A DNA stretch of 40,181 bases from Sandaracinaceae bacterium (lineage in GTDB: Bacteria; Myxococcota_A; Polyangia; Polyangiales; Sandaracinaceae). Below are positions 38,249-40,181 of the stretch, piece after piece; within the stretch, counting starts at the first letter, position 1; each line of letters begins with the position of its first letter. The notes beneath the pieces were generated by a model. That model saw only the letters and a program-made list of their open reading frames with translations, was not told where the DNA came from and made no database searches. Position numbers and translations under genes: made by a program. The stretch spans positions 1-40,181 of the forward strand of contig JBGAQA010000060.1 of assembly GCA_044220955.1 (NCBI GenBank). The letters are read 5' to 3'.

Positions 38249-38863
38249 ATGAACCTGCGCCGCCTGCAGCGCGAGCTGGAGGGACTCTACGACCTCCCGC
38301 TCGGGCCCGACGTCGAGCGGTTCGTGTGCGACGAGGCCGAGGCGCGCGCCATCGCCGGCGAGGCCGTGACGGCGCGGCGCGAGGCGCTGATCGTGGTCGA
38401 CCGGGAGGGCGACCTGTCCGTCGGGCTCTACGTCGACCCCGCGCTGCGCGCGCCGCGCTCGCACTTCGAGGCGGTCTGCGTGCTCGCCGAGGGAGTGAGC
38501 CACTTCGTGTACCTCGAGTTCCGCTCCGTGCGCGGGCGTGAGGTCAGCGAGCTCGAGCTCGAGCTGCAGGCCGAGGTCGACAAGTACGCGCTCGCCCTCG
38601 TGCGCGACCGCTCCAGGCGCCTCTCCTCGCGCAGCCGGCGGCTCCGCCGTCGCCTCTTCGAGGACGCCGCGTTCCTGGACCCGGAGGGCACGGAGCGCGG
38701 CGAGCGCTACCGCCTCGCGACCAGGGCCGCGGGCGCGTACGCGCGCTACCTCGAGCGCCGCTTCGTCGACGAGGGCGACCTCGGCTCCCTGGCGCGCGAG
38801 CTGCGCCGCTTCTATCGCCTCGGCGAGCGCGAGAAGCTCGATCGCGTCCGCGAGGCCGCGTAG
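38249..38863 (+). CDS. Hypothetical protein with an EGVSH...ELELQAEVDKY motif
   Basis: Clean ORF coupled to the previous gene; motifs RE.LIV, GLYVD, EGVSHFVYL, LELELQAEVDKY, ERYR.A and ELRRFYR. Confidence 0.75.
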   Translation: MNLRRLQRELEGLYDLPLGPDVERFVCDEAEARAIAGEAVTARREALIVVDREGDLSVGLYVDPALRAPRSHFEAVCVLAEGVSHFVYLEFRSVRGREVSELELELQAEVDKYALALVRDRSRRLSSRSRRLRRRLFEDAAFLDPEGTERGERYRLATRAAGAYARYLERRFVDEGDLGSLARELRRFYRLGEREKLDRVREAA

Positions 38864-38884
38864 AGGCGTCACCGCGAAGGGACG

Positions 38885-39066
38885 CGAGGGTGCGGCGGTG
38901 AGAGCGGCGTCGAACGCCGCACGAGCGAAGAGGCTTCTCCAGTTCCCGCCTTCCGCAATTCGTCAGAGCTGGAGCCCACGGCGAAGGGCTGCATGCAGTT
39001 CTGAGGAATTTCCGAAAGCCCAGGAACTGCGGGAGCGTTCTCGTCGCTTCTCGCCTCCCGGCCTCG
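38885..39066 (+). ncRNA. Candidate rod-like structured RNA or long imperfect inverted repeat
   Basis: Nested complementary segments across the intergenic region, with G-U pairs favouring the plus strand (see findings). Confidence 0.4.
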
Positions 39067-39112
39067 ATCGTCGCAGCGGGCTCGACCCTCACGCAGTGGC
39101 GTGCGTCGAGGA

Positions 39113-40180
39113 TCAGTGCGGGAGCGGCGCCGGCGTCGTCGGCGTCGTCGAGCCGCGCGGCAGGATGATCGGCTCGGGCGCGATGGGCCGCAGGCCGGCG
39201 AGCTGGGCGGGCGTGAGGCGGACCACGGCGGGCTGCGTCGTGCCGTCGGCGGCCACGGCCGTCGCGGCCTGGAACGTCACGCGGCCGAAGCGCGAGGGCA
39301 CGTGGTAGTCGCTGGTGAGCGTCGGCGACCAACCCTCGCCGCGCTGCGAGCCGTCCGCGCGCGCGTCCATGACGTAGAAGTTGAGGCGCCAGCTCGCGCC
39401 GGCCGGTGGTGCGATCGACGGTGCCATGTCGCCGTAGGAGAACGCGCTCCACGGGATCGAGAGCTCGACCGTGTAGCCGCGGTCGGGCGTCTCGTCGTTC
39501 GCCGCGCCGTCGGGGCTCGCGCGCGCCACCATGTGGCTGTCCCAGTCGGCGTGGCCGATCGGCTGCGGCACACGGCGCGAGTCGTACGCGGTCTCGAAGA
39601 TGTTGCCGGTCGGGGAGACCTGCAGCTCGAAGTAGTGCTGACCGTCGCCGTCGGGGTCGACCATGATCTCGACCGCGTCTTGCTCCCAGAGGTGTCCGTC
39701 GCGCTCGGCGATCGTGTTGTGGAGGTAGTCGTCGACCACCTCGAACGCGACGTAGAGGTTCTCGTCGTCCCAGAGCACGCGCGCCGAAGCAGGGAAGGGC
39801 CCAGCGCCCCCGGCGAGCGTGTCCACGAACGCCGACGAGGCAGGTAGACCCCTCCAGTCGGCCTCGCGGAGCAGCCCGTCGATCGTGATCGGCCCGGTGG
39901 TGTGGGCCGCGGTCAGCGTCGGGATGGGCGCCTCCGGAGCGGCCGGCGTCGCGCCGGTCGTGTCCGCCGCGGTCGCGTCGCTCGCGGCGGCGCTGCCGGC
40001 CGCGCTGGTCGGGGGTGCTCCGCGGGCGATCCTCGTCGGGCTCGCCGCGACCAGGGCGCCGTACCGCTGGCCGAGCGCGCTCGACTGGGACCACCACGGC
40101 TTCCTCGACCTGCATGGGCCGCGTCCTGGCTTCGTGACGCGGGTGTCGGGGGCATTGATCTCCCAGCCGGGTGACCGGCA
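39113..40180 (-). CDS. Carbohydrate-binding family 9-like (DOMON-like) protein, 5'-incomplete
   Basis: Frame has no stop to the window edge. Motifs PITIDGLLREADW, VLWDDENLYVAF, LWEQDAVEI.VDP, YFELQVSP.G, YTVELSIPW, WRLNFY and YHVPSRFG, preceded by an A/T/P-rich linker. Confidence 0.8.
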   Translation of the reverse strand, partial: CRSPGWEINAPDTRVTKPGRGPCRSRKPWWSQSSALGQRYGALVAASPTRIARGAPPTSAAGSAAASDATAADTTGATPAAPEAPIPTLTAAHTTGPITIDGLLREADWRGLPASSAFVDTLAGGAGPFPASARVLWDDENLYVAFEVVDDYLHNTIAERDGHLWEQDAVEIMVDPDGDGQHYFELQVSPTGNIFETAYDSRRVPQPIGHADWDSHMVARASPDGAANDETPDRGYTVELSIPWSAFSYGDMAPSIAPPAGASWRLNFYVMDARADGSQRGEGWSPTLTSDYHVPSRFGRVTFQAATAVAADGTTQPAVVRLTPAQLAGLRPIAPEPIILPRGSTTPTTPAPLPH

Positions 40181-40181
40181 C

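Noticed and set aside
38986..39021. Hammerhead-ribozyme-like core CTGAGGA...GAAA with a GGGCT/AGCCC stem
   Set aside because: Stem II would be only 6 unpaired-looking nt, no stem I forms, and the cleavage-site base would be G. The bases are better explained by the long rod structure.
38885..39066. Calling the structured element 6S RNA, SRP RNA or an integron attC site
   Set aside because: No zapA/ygfA context or symmetric central bubble, no SRP GGAA-loop motif, no RYYYAAC/GTTRRRY ends and no integrase. Left unassigned.

Overview
Very GC-rich bacterial DNA. Gene content (MYXO-CTERM-type sorting signals, several Hanks-type kinases, split F0 atp operon, CxxxY CcmE, CIRCE-controlled groESL) points to Myxococcota, probably Polyangia/Sandaracinaceae-like; this is inference. 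Left to right: a LapA-like adhesin repeat fragment abutting a truncated Ser/Thr kinase (probable chimeric junction); cpoB, a TsaP-like LysM protein, a GAF-GAF histidine kinase and a Rid-family gene; three Cys-rich surface-protein genes (two nidogen/NIDO + MYXO-CTERM paralogues and a lipoprotein) lying inside an abm-like (aminobenzoyl-CoA pathway) gene set; a DUF1444-like protein, a kinase and hemL; atpZ-atpI-atpB-atpE; PilZ, ccmE, DUF4870, pyrB-namZ-DUF1624-prmC; a five-gene DUF4175/peptidase-MA/MoxR/DUF58/vWA operon; a ~925-aa coiled-coil protein; groEL-groES with CIRCE; a divergent uncharacterised gene pair followed by a ~160-180 nt rod-like structured element; and a 5'-incomplete CBM9-like gene. 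I saw no tRNA, rRNA, CRISPR array or transposase. Best candidates for something new are the tandem NIDO/MYXO-CTERM surface locus with variable Cys-loops, the groESL-divergent pair with its putative RNA, and a recurring leaderless-promoter signature. All family assignments come from motif recognition by eye; no database searches were run.
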